The position numbers and the translations under genes are program-made. Below are positions 1 to 12,769 of a stretch of 64,000 nt of DNA, piece by piece. The DNA comes from Psilocybe cubensis (taxonomy: Eukaryota): the NCBI GenBank assembly GCA_017499595.2, contig CM039008.1, positions 248,001 through 312,000 on the forward strand, read 5' to 3'. The notes under the pieces were generated by a model. It did not search any database. It had not been told where the DNA came from and saw nothing but the letters and a program-made list of their open reading frames with translations. How positions within the stretch are numbered: position 1 is the first letter of the stretch; each line of letters starts with the position of its first letter.

Positions 1-193
1 CGCCGACCTTGAATATAATCAGTATGTTTTGATTGTGGTGGGAATGTGTGTGATACGTACCGCCCATGCAACCGTGTGCGATATCAAATTCCATCGAGAA
101 TGTGAATAAACCGGTCTTTGAGAAAGACGCGTCACTGTATGATGATGATGTTATGAGATTTGAAGCCTGTCCCAAATGCCGTTGGAATATCAT
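1..193 (-). CDS. 5' end of an unidentified gene running off the left edge of the window
   Basis: ATG at 193 opens MIFQRHLGQASNLITSSSYSDASFSKTGLFTFSMEFDIAHGCMG, followed by a GTACGT donor near 60; TATAAA on the minus strand near 250. No family recognised. Confidence 0.35.
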   Translation of the reverse strand, partial: MIFQRHLGQASNLITSSSYSDASFSKTGLFTFSMEFDIAHGCMGGTYHTHSHHNQNILIIFKVG

Positions 194-1359
194 TGGGGGA
201 ATAATTCGCTAAGTTCAGAAGCTTCTTGAGGAATGGTGTACAGCTGGGTATTTATACATAACTGGATAATGTGTCTCATAGCAACGAAAAATCTATTCCA
301 GCCACTGCGAGTGGCGCAAAAAACTGCACTTTTGGGCAATAATGGCCACAAAGGGCCACCAGTGGCACATTTTCATTTCTTACTTACAAGGTGTAGAATA
401 ACCAGAGTTTGCATGGACCTGCTGTTTAAGGTATACTAGGTCAATGAATAGTTTGATCGAGCCACAATAATGGCCAGGATACCAGATCAGACAGACGATT
501 GGTGAGGTTTTCGCCATGGCATCAACGGTAACATATTTCATGGTTTCTGTTGTTATAATGACCTTTGTCTTCATTACGAAGTCGTCGACTCGGTCGACAA
601 ACGCCTTGCTCGATCCCCACAAATATGCGACGTTAGTCGCGTTAAGCGCTTTATATTGAAATCATGTCCACCGACAAGTGAAATGTCCAAGAGGCCGCAT
701 AATCCAATATCTTGGTACAACTCAAGATGTTCGCCCACGGAAAGACCCAGACAGGGTTAAACAAAAATCTTGGCAATTTCATTCAATGACGGATCAATCT
801 ATAATTAACTCTACGATAACCTCGGAATGCGCGCTTTAAAATACACAACGGAAGCAAGGCGAAGGCGAAGGTGATAACGATCATGATGAAGATCCCAATC
901 CGTCTCACAAGTGCCCACTCCACAAGTATTCTCATTGAACGGTATGGTAAACGTGTCTCTTCTGCATTCGTGTCTCGCATATCTCGTGACAATCCAAGGT
1001 ACTCATTTCACACAGACTTCCAGGATTACCTTCGGAGGCCGTACAAGCCGATGGTTCCCCTCGGTTCCACCCTGGCTTCCATGAATAAGATCCCCTTCTG
1101 AACACAAGTTTAAGTTAGGATCAGTATGCGGTCTGTCGTTCAAAATTGTGTTTGGTATAGCATGGGCTATGAAGAGAAATCCACTTCAGAACATAGCCGT
1201 CGATGTCCGTTTCGATGAGGAAAACCGTGAGTGGGGATGTTTAGACAGCTTAGAGCTGAAAGCAAATTGAGACAACGAGAAACATATAAAGGCGGGAGCC
1301 TGAACTACCCGTCATTCCAGGACATTCTCCAGCGAATACATTCATCCACACATCCATTG

Positions 1360-2308
1360 ATGGCTGCTCAAAGTGCGTAGACTTCTAGGAGATCCTACCA
1401 CTAACGTCACAGTAAAGTCGTCTAATCAAATCGCCCTCCAGACACCTTCAAGTTCGAACGTATCAACAAGGACGATGTCGCGCTGCTTGTCATCGATCAC
1501 CAAGTCGGGCTTTTCCAACTCACTCGCGACATCCAAGCAGATCAATTCCGAAACAATGTCCTCGCCCATGCCGAATTGGCCAAGGTTTTCAACCTCCCAA
1601 CTGTGCTCACCACCAGCGCGGAGACTGGTAAGTAGTACGCCACTTTCCATTCCCCGTCCAACTAATTTCGTAAAAAAACTGATAAATTAACCAATGCACA
1701 CAGGACCCAACGGCCCACTTCCCAAGGAAATCCTCGACATGCATCCTAATGCCCCGCTCATCAAGCGTAATGGTGAGGTCGATGCATGGGACAACGAGGA
1801 TTTCCGCAAGGCCGTGAAGGCCACAGGAAAGAAACAGGTTATTATCGCGGGTATTACCACTGATGTACGTAGTAAACTTCTTGCACTAACTTGCTTCATT
1901 GCCAACTATAAAACTCTGTAATGAATAGGTTTGCACTGCATTCCTTGCATTGTCCCTTCGCGCTGAGGGATACACCGTCTTTGCCAACGCGGAAGCATCT
2001 GGGGCGCTAAGTAAACGTATTGCAGACGACGCGAATGCCAGGATGAGAGCGGCCGGAGTCCATGTATTGTCCATGTTCGCTATCATGAGCGACCTCATGA
2101 GGGATTGGAGAAACACACCTGGGTCGACGCAGCTCCTCCCATTTCTCGATAAGTACGTCCCACTCCGTATCACTTTATAGAAGCCATTGGACTCTTATAC
2201 TGATGATCACGCAATTCTGACAGATATCTCGCGGTATATGGCTACCTCGCGCGAGGCCACGCAGCAGCCGTTGACAGGGGTACCATTCTTCCAGGAGAAT
2301 CTGAATGA
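1360..2308 (+). CDS. Isochorismatase-family (YcaC-like) cysteine hydrolase, multi-exon
   Basis: Spliced translation gives VALLVIDHQVGLF...VLTTSAETGPNGPLP...IIAGITTDVCTAFLALSLRAEGY...ASG, the typical YcaC motifs with catalytic D and C; TATA box near 1285. Confidence 0.88.
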
Positions 2309-2462
2309 GGTCGTCGATAGCCAAGCTGAACGAATATGTTGGATGTCAAAAATTTACGTCATCGAAAATACAATGGAATTACGTCGTTTTGGATTTAGGT
2401 TATAAATTAAAGATGTCAAATCATAACAAATGAAGGGATAAACACCAATGCCTTTAAATTGT

Positions 2463-5126
2463 TCAACCAGATTTAGTCTTCAAAGCCAAGAATAGCCTAT
2501 ACAAAATATCAGAATACGCAGAGATACACAAAGCATATTGATTAGACGTACGCTATTCTGTAGAGAATGACGATTGACACCAAAATTCCAATCCACTTGC
2601 GATCTGTAATGTGGCCGATGTCCAGGTAATTGAGAATATCCTGTCCGGAAACGGTGCAAGTGGAGGGAGTGGATGATGGGTATGAGCAGGCGCAAACACC
2701 GTCGACGATTGTGTCGCAGGTGAAAGTAAGTCCTCGAAGATCCGACTAAACAATGATATGAAGGCCAAGAAGAAGGAATATCGTATAATTACTTACATTT
2801 GTCATAAGCTCAAAAGCATATTTCTGATAATCCATGTAGTGGAAGCTGAAGAACCAGAATCTAGGTAGTGAACGAGCTTTGATGCTAAAAACATACGGTC
2901 AATTGGCTTAGCCGTGAAACAGATAAGAAGATGGATACTAACAAATAACCTCCGACACTCATCCAAAAGCCATTTACACTGTTTACCAAGTTAAGAATGA
3001 ACATGCGTATGGATATAAAGAAAGGAATACAATGAGCTGATTGCGAGTGCTGCAACGAATATTGGGATTAAAGATGCCACCACAAGAGCCTGACTTTCGG
3101 CAGCAAAAATGGCCAAAAAGAGATATATGACAAAACGGAAAAAGGGTGCAGCTCCAGGATGTAAACCCTACGAAAATCACGTCAGACCGAGTGGAGACCA
3201 AGCAAGAAGGATGATTTACAATCGCCCAATAGCAAATTACCGTAAAAATGACAGTAGACGCGAACAAGAATGGAATATTGACCAAGGTATTCGATAGTAG
3301 GAAAGGGAGTGTGGAGTATAGGCCATTTTTTGACTCGCGATAATAGACAGCACGCTCTTCCAAAACTAAATTTTCACGTTAAACAAATTCCGACAGATCA
3401 AACTGAACCAATGCTTACATGATGGGATACCAGCAACCGACATCTGTCAAAACATTAATTAGAAAATTCATTGGGAAGATATCAAACACTCACGAAGCCG
3501 AGGAAAGCTACGCTATAGAAATGGACGGACAAACGATCGTTGACGACCGAGTCTGAGTCCCCCAGCCTTATCCATATAGTACTATAGGTACACCTAATAT
3601 AAGCAGTGCGACAACCAGGCGAAGGTGGATACTCACGCAAGCATAAGGCCCATGCCACCATACATCCCAACTCGGACACCATACGCCAGCAAGTTACGCA
3701 GGTAGTTCAAAGCCGTCCTCTCAGAGAGAACGGCTGTGTTCCAGAAGAGAGTCTCTAGTGGTCCCGCTTTCCCATGAAGCTTCGAGTCATCTTCGATGGG
3801 CTGTCCTGATCCAGATGCAACCTTTTCAGGATCGGGTATACTAGAGGATGGCAGCGACAGATAGAATTCACGGAATTGGTCTACACTTTTAGAGCTTCCG
3901 GCGAAGTCACTGTTTAAGAAGTTCATGGCATGATCTGAAGGGGAGCTCTATGATAGGTATAAGTGGATGTTGAAAAGTCATTGGAAGAAGTGAGCTCTCA
4001 CAAAACGTCCAACTGGGTGGCCAAATTTCTCGAAGAATGAATCCAGTTCATCAACCCGTCCTAGATAGCACGTCTTGCCTGATGCGAGGAACATTACATT
4101 GGTAAATTGAGCCAAGGTTTCAAGTGACGGTTGGTGGATGGATGCAATGACGATCATCCCCTCTGCCTTCGAAAGCGTACTAATAGACGCCATCACTTCG
4201 CGTGCCGATGTGCTATCCAGCTAGAAGATGAAGAAGTTAAAAATAACCCGAATTGTAGTTCGGACAATTAGTACGTACTCCTGACGTAACCTCATCAAGG
4301 AATAATACGCGTCTAGATGTTTTGGTGGAGTGCTGATTAGCGTCTACGGTGACATGACAGTTTCAGTTGAAAGACATACGGAAAAGTCACCATCGCGCAA
4401 GCTGCAGTTACTCTTCTCTTTTGTCCACCAGAAATCCCGCGTGAAATAGGTGTGCCAATTCTTTGGTCGGCACATGAATTTAGCCCCAGAGCGCCCAGTA
4501 CGCGATTGACCCTTTCGTTCACTTGCTTGCGAGGCAGGAGTGGCAAGCTGTAGAGACACCGATAAGTAATAGTCCGGTTCGGAGAATGTAGACCGTACTG
4601 GAGCCGCAATGCATATGTGACAGATTCCCTGACAGTAAGTACCCCTAGCAATGCATCTTCTTGTTCAACGAAAGTCGAGATCTTGTGCATCGCTTTAGGG
4701 CCCAGCGGTTGTCCATTTAGGTATATCTGGTATTAGGCTAAACGAAGAGTAAAGCATTTCGAGCTGCAATTGTACTCACAGATCCACCTTCCATCATCGT
4801 CTTCCTAAAAGCCATTACATCGAGCAGTGTGCTTTTCCCTACCAGTATTTTAGATCAAGTTGGCAAGAGTGGTAAGATAATTTTACCTGCACCAGATGGT
4901 CCCTTCATTAGATGCATTTCTGTGTAGGTAAGATGATCATTTGAAGAAAGCATACCATGAGTGCCAGTAGTTCCCCTGCCCGGATGTTGACGGAGACATC
5001 CTCAATTAAATATTTTGAGCCGCTTTTCGTCTTGACAGAGAAGCTGAGGTGCTGGAAACTGAGGACGGAACTAGGTGAATTGACCACCTCCCCCAACGAG
5101 GACGATGAACAGGATATAGAGGCCAT
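2463..5126 (-). CDS. ABCG-type (White-like) half ABC transporter, many introns
   Basis: Walker A GPSGAGKSTLLD split across a micro-exon, signature ISGGQKRRVT, Walker B LFLDEVTSGLDS, SIHQP loop, then an ABC2 membrane domain (EERAVYYRESKNGLY); ends LFLALKTKSG*. Confidence 0.92.
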
Positions 5127-7249
5127 GACTTGCAGGTCAAGCAAGATGTAGTATATGTAGTGGTTGGGTATTAGTGCTGAAACGCATTCTAGCTTTATAA
5201 AGGCTGCCAAGAAACGAACGGGGGTGGGCGTGTTTGTGAAATAGAATTTTGAACTTGAGCGGTCTTCGGAGACACAAGCGAACCGGTTCTCTTCGTCTTA
5301 AAATAGATTCAATGGATCTGTTGAATTCGGTGCGATGCTTTTGAAGTCCGTTGGATAAGGGATGCTATGTTATCTCCTAGTTTTGTGTTGTTCCGGATAC
5401 TTAGTGGGGTAGGGATGTGTATGTAAGTGGGCCTATACGTATATCACACCACATCGTAATAAATCTGTTCTGAATGTATGTTAAGCGCGTGGCGGTAATG
5501 GTAGATTTACGAACGTACATCATTTTGACTTTGGCTGTATCGGGATTAACTGTATCTCTCTAGCTTGCTTGCCCTTCTCTTCCAAGTTGTGGATTCGGCA
5601 ACGTGCAGCATGCGGAAAATACAATCATACTCCTGAACCCTCACAGCACAAGCATGTGGTTCTACCTGCCTGGAGACTGATCGGTATGGCATAGGAATGT
5701 CAGAAAGTTCCGAACATGCAGGAGGAAAGGAAAAGACGAGTCAAGTTGATGGTTTGGTGGTTTGACAAGATAGGTTCCTGATGAATAATGGTCACGTTTT
5801 ACCTGAACAGAGTCATGTGACTAAATTACTAGTCGCGTCAACACGCGTCTGTTCCGATGTGCGGGGATCAATTGGTCATAGATGGTTAGATTTGCTACAA
5901 AAGTTTCAAAATTTATGGTTCAAAATTGCTTTGTTAGCGTTAATTATTTCTATATCCGGCACAAATCCTTGAGAATACTGAAAATGGATGAACATGACTG
6001 CGTTTTACGAGTATTGTCCAAGATTGTGCACGCGAAAGGCACGAAACCTTGTCACATTATAAAAACACCCTTACCCTGATCTTTGTGCCAATATACTTGG
6101 TTTATTAATGCCCATTGAGATTTGGCATGTTTCAACTTGTGGACCCATGTATGTCAACTTTGATTTTGATTATGATTTTGAATATGCTTTGAGGGTTAAA
6201 GATTTGAGCTATAGAATATGGGAACGTTCGGTGAGACGCGGTGACCCTTAGAGGTGTTTGGTACAAAAAACTTCGAAGTCTTCAAGATATGACAGTATGA
6301 AAGGGTGTACAACCTTTTCTGACAATATGTCCTTCAAATGAAGTGGTTCAGTTCCACCCAGCATACGATTCGAGCTAAAATCAGCACATCTATTCTATCC
6401 CTACATGGGCCATAGTGAGTATGATATTGACAGGACCTATTATTATCTTGCTCGGGGTCACGGACAACATTGCTAATGAATCATTATTTTAGGATACACG
6501 TGAGGTATGTCGAGGCTTGCTAATGGTGTCCTATTCGTGGAGCCCCGAGCTGGTTCTACAGTAATTAATAGCCAAATCAGACATAAAAATTGGCCAATGG
6601 GCTTATCTGGTGCAGCTCGCAATAGTTGGTTCACAGTAGTAGATTCAGTGCTGGCCAATCACTATGATTTGTCCTAAACATCGATGGCTGGCGTTTGGTC
6701 CCAGTATTTTCACCAAAGAGTTAATTTGCAAGGCAGCAAGAGCATCTCCATCATTTCTGAAGTCCGACGACATTCCAATGTTCGAATTAGATTTCGATAG
6801 GAGTCCGTTACAGTGGTCACTGGTGGAGGCCTTTGTTTTATGTGTAGGTATTAATGCCAACTTCGGGCAGGGCCAGAACAACCCCCTTGGACTTTTCAAG
6901 TCCAAGATCATCAAACCAAATGAGAGCACGGTGAAAGTTACCTCTGGTTGAGGTCAGTGATTATATGGGGGTGTTACAGTAAGCTGTGCATGATTTACAT
7001 CTACCAGAATACCACCCGATTTCGATCTCCCGGTCGCGTTCAAATAATATAGAAAGGTCGGAGGATTGAGTTGCTGGAGATTTAATACATAAAAGATAGC
7101 GTTTTTGGATTAAAGTTATGCATTTCCATTGGCAGATCTACACTAAAGGTCCAAACATCGAAACCATAAAATATGTCCATTGAAGTAGCGTTACAGACGG
7201 CAGTGTACAGAGAAGTACGCCCATCGCGCCTCATCATCACGGGTCATCA

Positions 7250-8583
7250 TCATACTTGTTCAACTTTCTTGGGAGTAGTGGGACTTTCTACCTCCTCCCA
7301 GTCATCTTCTATATTCCCTGTCGACCGCCCAAGACCACCCTGTTGTGCAACAGAGGCAGACAACACGCGCTCGTTCCTCACTGCCCATCGTTCACGGAGG
7401 ACAATGAGGCCGCGCATGACACTAAATATGACGATCTGAGCAACAGCGATACCGATGATGTACGCTGCAAGCTTCCCTCCCTGTTTCTTGGGGTCAAGGA
7501 AGGAGTACGCTGTGGATGTATGAGCGCTGGTTGCTATAATGAAAATGAAACGGGACGTACTATAGAAGCCTTGGGTGTCGTGGGTGATGTATGCAACGCC
7601 AAGGTAACATATCAGAAGCACAACTGTGATAGGAAGTGCTAGCCATGGCGGGGGCGGCGAATTGGTGAGAAAAATCTCTATAAGAGCGAAAGCCGTGTTG
7701 AACGCGTGGACAGAGAGATTAGACCATGCTGTACATTGGAGAAAAGAAAACCAATCAATATTTTCAACAGAGGAACATCCCAGGTATTGTTGTCTACGCA
7801 CAGGTGAACGTGTCTTCAAAGGTCGCTGGGCCAGAAAGTAGTGCCCAGTAGACAATCGTGACTAGGATAGCTGCAAAGTTAAGTAGGATGAGGTAATGCT
7901 ATTTAAAAGACTTAAGATGTGAACTTACGAAACGTGACGATGGTGGCATGCAACAAGACATGTAATGCCTGTAGAATTTTCGGCCATCGCTGGAGAGGAT
8001 ACCCCGCTCCAGTGCCTAACCTTCGCCATCGTAGCGCGTATGCGATAGTTTGTGTGGTCGATGCAAAGTAGTAAGCGCATAGTCCCGTGTATGTTAGGTA
8101 AGTGAAGTATGAGAAGTAACTGTCGGGTAAGATTAGCAAAATGTCGGTAAGAACATTGTACAGGGGAAAATAATAAGTTAAGATCAACGTGGAATTGTGA
8201 CTTAATCCTCAGAGCTGAGAGCCAGGGAGAAATATTTCCCCATGAGATCAACCACGTTTATTGCTTCATGCAAGTATGCACTTCGCTAAATGAAATCACC
8301 CTAAGCGGGATATAAATAGCAACTTTCTCCAGCGTTGAAGAACGGTGCAACACAACATTAAAAAACAACACAGCACCACGCACCTGCTCGCATCATGTAA
8401 CCTGACCGCATTCCATATTAGTGTGACCAGCAGAGTAACGAGCGTGTATAGCGAAATTATAGTCCGCAGCATAGCTAACGAGGTGGGATATCTGAGGAAA
8501 GGGGATGTGACGAATTTGTGGGAGGTGTCGAAGGTCTGGTCTGGTGGCATTCCCAGACGCGAGTAGATATTTAGTCGGACCAT
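7250..8583 (-). CDS. Conserved fungal multi-pass membrane protein (FAR-17a/AIG1/rolling-stone-like)
   Basis: Spliced exons with about 6 hydrophobic helices, motifs YFSYFTYLTY, SVHAFN and YSFLDP; family assignment is tentative. Confidence 0.65.
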
Positions 8584-9348
8584 ATTTCGTTAGTTACGGT
8601 GAGTGTAGTAGTAAGAAGAGGAAAGATAGCCCCCAGGAGGCGTAAAGCTATGTCATGGCGAGAAGCAATGTGAGTGTGAGTATTTTGCAAAGCGAAAGGA
8701 ATGTGAACACGCGAAAAAGAACGGCCGTGATCGCAGCGTCGGCGATCAGGTAGAGAAATGAAATGACATTATGGGGGGAAGTAGTTTGACAACGAACGTT
8801 TGCTCACCTTAACCTGAGGCTTAAAACCAAGAGGTAAAAAGAGGTTATCCAACAATGCCAACTTCTATAGTCCTCCTGAGTCCGATGCGCTATCAATAGC
8901 CGCTTTGTCTTCACTTTCGATCTTTGTGTCGTTCCGTAGCCTGTCAATAATAGAACACCTATTCAAAAACATATGAATGAATGAATGCCCTTCCACGGTC
9001 TGCTACCCAATAAAATAGAAAACGGAAGACAGTCATTTGGCGCATCCCAAGAAGACACGTATCAGCATTCACTGAGTGATCGTCTTATCGGACAATATAG
9101 CGCAATAGACGAGGAATGCGATACCGATACTGGCTATCAAACGGTCGGCTAAAAGGAGGGCTTCCACAACCCTGGGAGAAAGAAGCAACGCACCTGAGGC
9201 CTTAGAGGGATGCCGCTCCGACTTTTACAACTTAATACGTCTACCTGAAGGCGCGAAGCGTCCTAAATAACCAACGCAGTGACAGAGAATATGGGGACAG
9301 GGATGTCAATCCAAGAGAAGAACCGTCTTGGATGGAGCAAGACGTGGT

Positions 9349-10020
9349 TCAAGACGAAGAGCGCGGGGTCCGACAGAGGGATTGAATTTGAAAAACCAGT
9401 GAACCAAAAAGGGATCCCGCGAATGTAGATTTCAAGTCGTATCCGAGGCGGGTCGCCAGAGCTTGCCCGAAGGAGAATGCAGAATTCGCTGTAGCAGGTC
9501 TTTCGATGTCTATATGTGGCAATTAGAAATCATGTTCTGCTGCTTCCAGCACACAATGAGGCTCTCAAATACCGCTCACCAGTTCCAGATAGTACTCTAT
9601 GCCAGCACGCACGATTAAAGTCGGAACGTAGGCAGGCCGTGCTGCAGAAACGCCGCAAAACGAAACAAACTGTCCACATTGGTCAGTTCATAGACTAGAG
9701 AAATGCCAATGGTGTTGAATTACGTACCGTGGAGAATCTACAACAGCAATAAAAATGCACAAAGGAGCAGTCAGCCACCCAAATCACTACAGCGACGTCA
9801 ACAAGAGAGAAACGTAAAAGCAAGGGAGTGTGTGGCCAAGAAACAAAGCGTGCTGGCGTTGGTTGTAAGGTCGACGTGACCGTTAACCGAAGAGAAACCA
9901 AAAATGATGATGATGGTGATATACATAGAATCCCACATGTGCGCTCTGCGCCCGGCCTCGGTAGCCTTCGGTAGCGGAGACGACGATCGCGAGGGTTGCG
10001 GTCGTGATCAAGTTGGACAT
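9349..10020 (-). CDS. Candidate small spliced ORF (32-aa or about 118-aa isoform), function unknown
   Basis: ATG at 10020 after a pyrimidine-rich leader; three introns with GT donors, branch-like CTRAY/TGAC motifs and YAG acceptors; the frame stays open across a 10-nt micro-exon. Confidence 0.4.
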
Positions 10021-10842
10021 GCCGCGATAAGCGAGCGGGCGGGGCAAGACTCCCAAATTGAAATTGGACTCCACCAAGCTCGAAATCAAAACCCACCGAA
10101 AGGCTTCGAAGAAGCAAAGTAATAAGACCAAGTCTCGAATTTAAACTTGCCCAGTACTTGAGAAGCTAAAGAACGAACGAAGGGGGAATTGGGAGAGGAA
10201 AAAAGAAGACTTGACCACCACGGTCCAGCGTGGGTTTTAACAAATGGTTGGGGGAAATCCAATCAGTTGAACGGAAACGTATTCTGGCATATAAATCATA
10301 TCACCGATAACTCTACATTGATTCTTTGACGCTTGTCGGCGTGGTTATGGTTATGTGGGCAAATATAAATATATCCAACTACAATGTTGGTGTGATTTTG
10401 TTGCAGTTGTAACGGAGACTGTACATCAAGAGCTGCAGACATGCCGCCGCCATAGCCTGTCACAACCTCAGTCAATTTCACACTAGCCTGAGGACTGGAC
10501 ATGGCAAATCAAATTCAGTGACGACGACGATCAAAGGTGAACGAAAACTGTCTTTCATTTCCCATCATGGTATTTCGTTTTCTCCGTTCGTCGTTGTAAA
10601 CGGGTGCTAGAGAGAATGAAGCGCTTTGGATGGGCGGTAGAGTCAAATATTACACACACACTGTGAAACACAAATATTCATCATTGCATAACCCAATCCC
10701 ATGTGTGAAGGACAACGATGGGTAAAGTTAGCTCACACTAATTGGGTGTTCCCATCCTCCTGATCTCATTCCACAAAACCCGATCGGGTGCCGGCATCAC
10801 AGCCTCTACGACCCATAACATAGCCCCACATCCGACAATGAT

Positions 10843-11835
10843 TTAAAATTCAGAAACCTCAACCTTCTCAATACTGGTGCCTGTGACAGTTGACTCCTTC
10901 TGAACAGATGCGTTGGCCGCGCTGAGGTAGGTATCTAATAGCACACAAAGAGATAAAGATGGTTCGATCAGAAAACGAGGATGGATGGATGTAGTTTATA
11001 ACAAAGATGCAAGTGACGTACTCCAGAACAAACTAACCACACTGACTACCACCAATCTCAGATGCGGCGGGACGAGTGAAAAGTTGATAATCTGAGTCGG
11101 AATGTATACGCCCCAATTACGGATCAGAGTCGGTACGTAGGCCTTTTGAACCGCTACAGTGTCAGACTAACAAAGTTATCGAGTTTAGGAGTGGGCATAC
11201 AGCTTGGACCCTTGGTACCACTTCCTCTGGCTTGCCCTCTAGACAACTCATCGCTCCATAAAAGAACGCAACGGCGACTAGAAATATTGTCAGCTAAACT
11301 GGGGTATAGCAGGGGTCTAGCACATACCCGGGGTGAGAACAGCTTGATCAAGGAAAACCTAACGAGTTCCAAGGATTAGAAGATAGAGTACCAGAGGTTC
11401 AAGTCACGTACCCGATAAGCCAAAGCTCGCGTAGGACTCGCAAACTTTAGCTGGTTCAGGAGCTGATACCACTTTGTCATGGCTGGGCCAAAAATGGCAC
11501 CTCCGTAAAACGTGAGCCTCGCCGTTCTCGTCCACTATAATAAACTGTGAGCACCCATAATCACACTGCTCGTCGACAGGAGTACACACGTACATCATGG
11601 TCTCGTCCCTTCCGTTCCACTGCTTGCTGAGCAATCAAATCTCCTGCACCGAACAGTACACCGGCTGTAAGACATTGTGTGAGCATAGGCCTGCGGATGA
11701 GGGCGGCGCTGAAGAGGAAGTTGGGTTATGAATCATCATGAGCGACGAGTTTGGCTGGCCCATTGGTACGGTTACAGAATTAAAGTGTTGGTGTTGGAAC
11801 ACATACTTATAGGAACGAAGAATGTTGGCGGCCAT
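10843..11835 (-). CDS. SYM1: Mpv17/PMP22-family mitochondrial inner-membrane protein
   Basis: Spliced: MAANILRSYNAALIRRPMLTQCLTAGVLFGAGDLIAQQAVE...LDQAVLTP...YVPTLIRNWGVYIPTQIINFSLVPPHLRLVVVSVVSLFWNTYLS. Missed by the ORF track because of introns. Confidence 0.9.
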
Positions 11836-12060
11836 GGCGATTCTTCGAAGTGATAAAATGAGGAAGAGGTAGGTTTCAAACGGCTAGTCCTCCCCAACCG
11901 TGCTCGGCGCCAATTGTCAATGGGCGTCACACTGCACGTGTAAATCATTCGGCAATATATATATCCCGGCAGCACCAATTTTATCTCCGCTTTTATAAAT
12001 TTAACTCCGATACCTACTAGTAACCCTAGCCTCAGACAGGGTCTCAGTCGAAAGCACCGA

Positions 12061-12601
12061 GAGAATGCTAATTACACGATGGGATATTCAGAATATAGAA
12101 CTCCCACAAAGTAGGTGATCAAATGTTACAACATACTTCAAATTTATTGGGCCATCCGTCTTTTACATTCATTTGAAATATAATGCTGCCAAATATATAA
12201 AGCACCTTTGTATGTGGTCACTGGTAAGAAACTTGATATATTTGATAGCACATTATATTCCAAATGGATGGCCCCAATTGCAAGGGGCCCTCCCCGGAGC
12301 TTACCGAGAAGTCAACCCTACCCTTGAGGTCAAGGGAGTGGCTGTGTTCAAGGGTGAGGCAGAGCCTGACAAGTCACAAGCAAAATTGCCATTGTACATA
12401 ATTGTATTGTGCTTCCTGTCGACCTATGTGAAGATATTGTAAGGCGAGAAAGTACTTAAATGACGTCAACATTTGAGGTATAATTATTGTCCAATTGCCC
12501 ATTGGCCCCAATATAGTTCCAGTATGTTGCAACGTTTGATTACCTACTTCGTGGGAGCTCTATTTTCTGAATATCCCAACATGTAAACTAAACTTCTTCT
12601 C
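12061..12601. mobile_element. Degenerate MITE/foldback element
   Basis: About 90-bp imperfect inverted repeats: TGGGATATTCAGAATATAGAACTCCCACAAAGTAGGTGATCAAATGTTACAACATAC near 12078 pairs with GTATGTTGCAACGTTTGATTACCTACTTCGTGGGAGCTCTATTTTCTGAATATCCCA near 12522-12578. No clear TSD. Confidence 0.65.
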
Positions 12602-12769
12602 CAGTCATGGTCTAACTATTTATCACTGGTATGCGTTGATCAAATTTTTAATTCTTTTGCCATTGTATACAATGATTGCAAAAAAGGAATTATAGTTGAA
12701 TATTTAAATCACAAGTCGTCCAATGTCGAAGAGCTGGGGTAAAATTCTCCTATAGTATAATCTACAGGC

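Noticed and set aside
6473-6951. Overlapping 60-95 aa ORFs on both strands
   Set aside because: No recognisable motif or splice structure; possibly a decayed remnant, but unsupported.
9925-10020. Mating pheromone or MSDIN/RiPP precursor
   Set aside because: No C-terminal CaaX, no MSDIN leader, no repeated KR-delimited cores, and no receptor or processing enzyme nearby.
11404-11835. Two abutting in-frame ORFs separated by a single TGA (possible readthrough or selenocysteine)
   Set aside because: The real gene is SYM1, spliced into a different frame; the TGA falls within GAT TTG ATT (D-L-I) codons.
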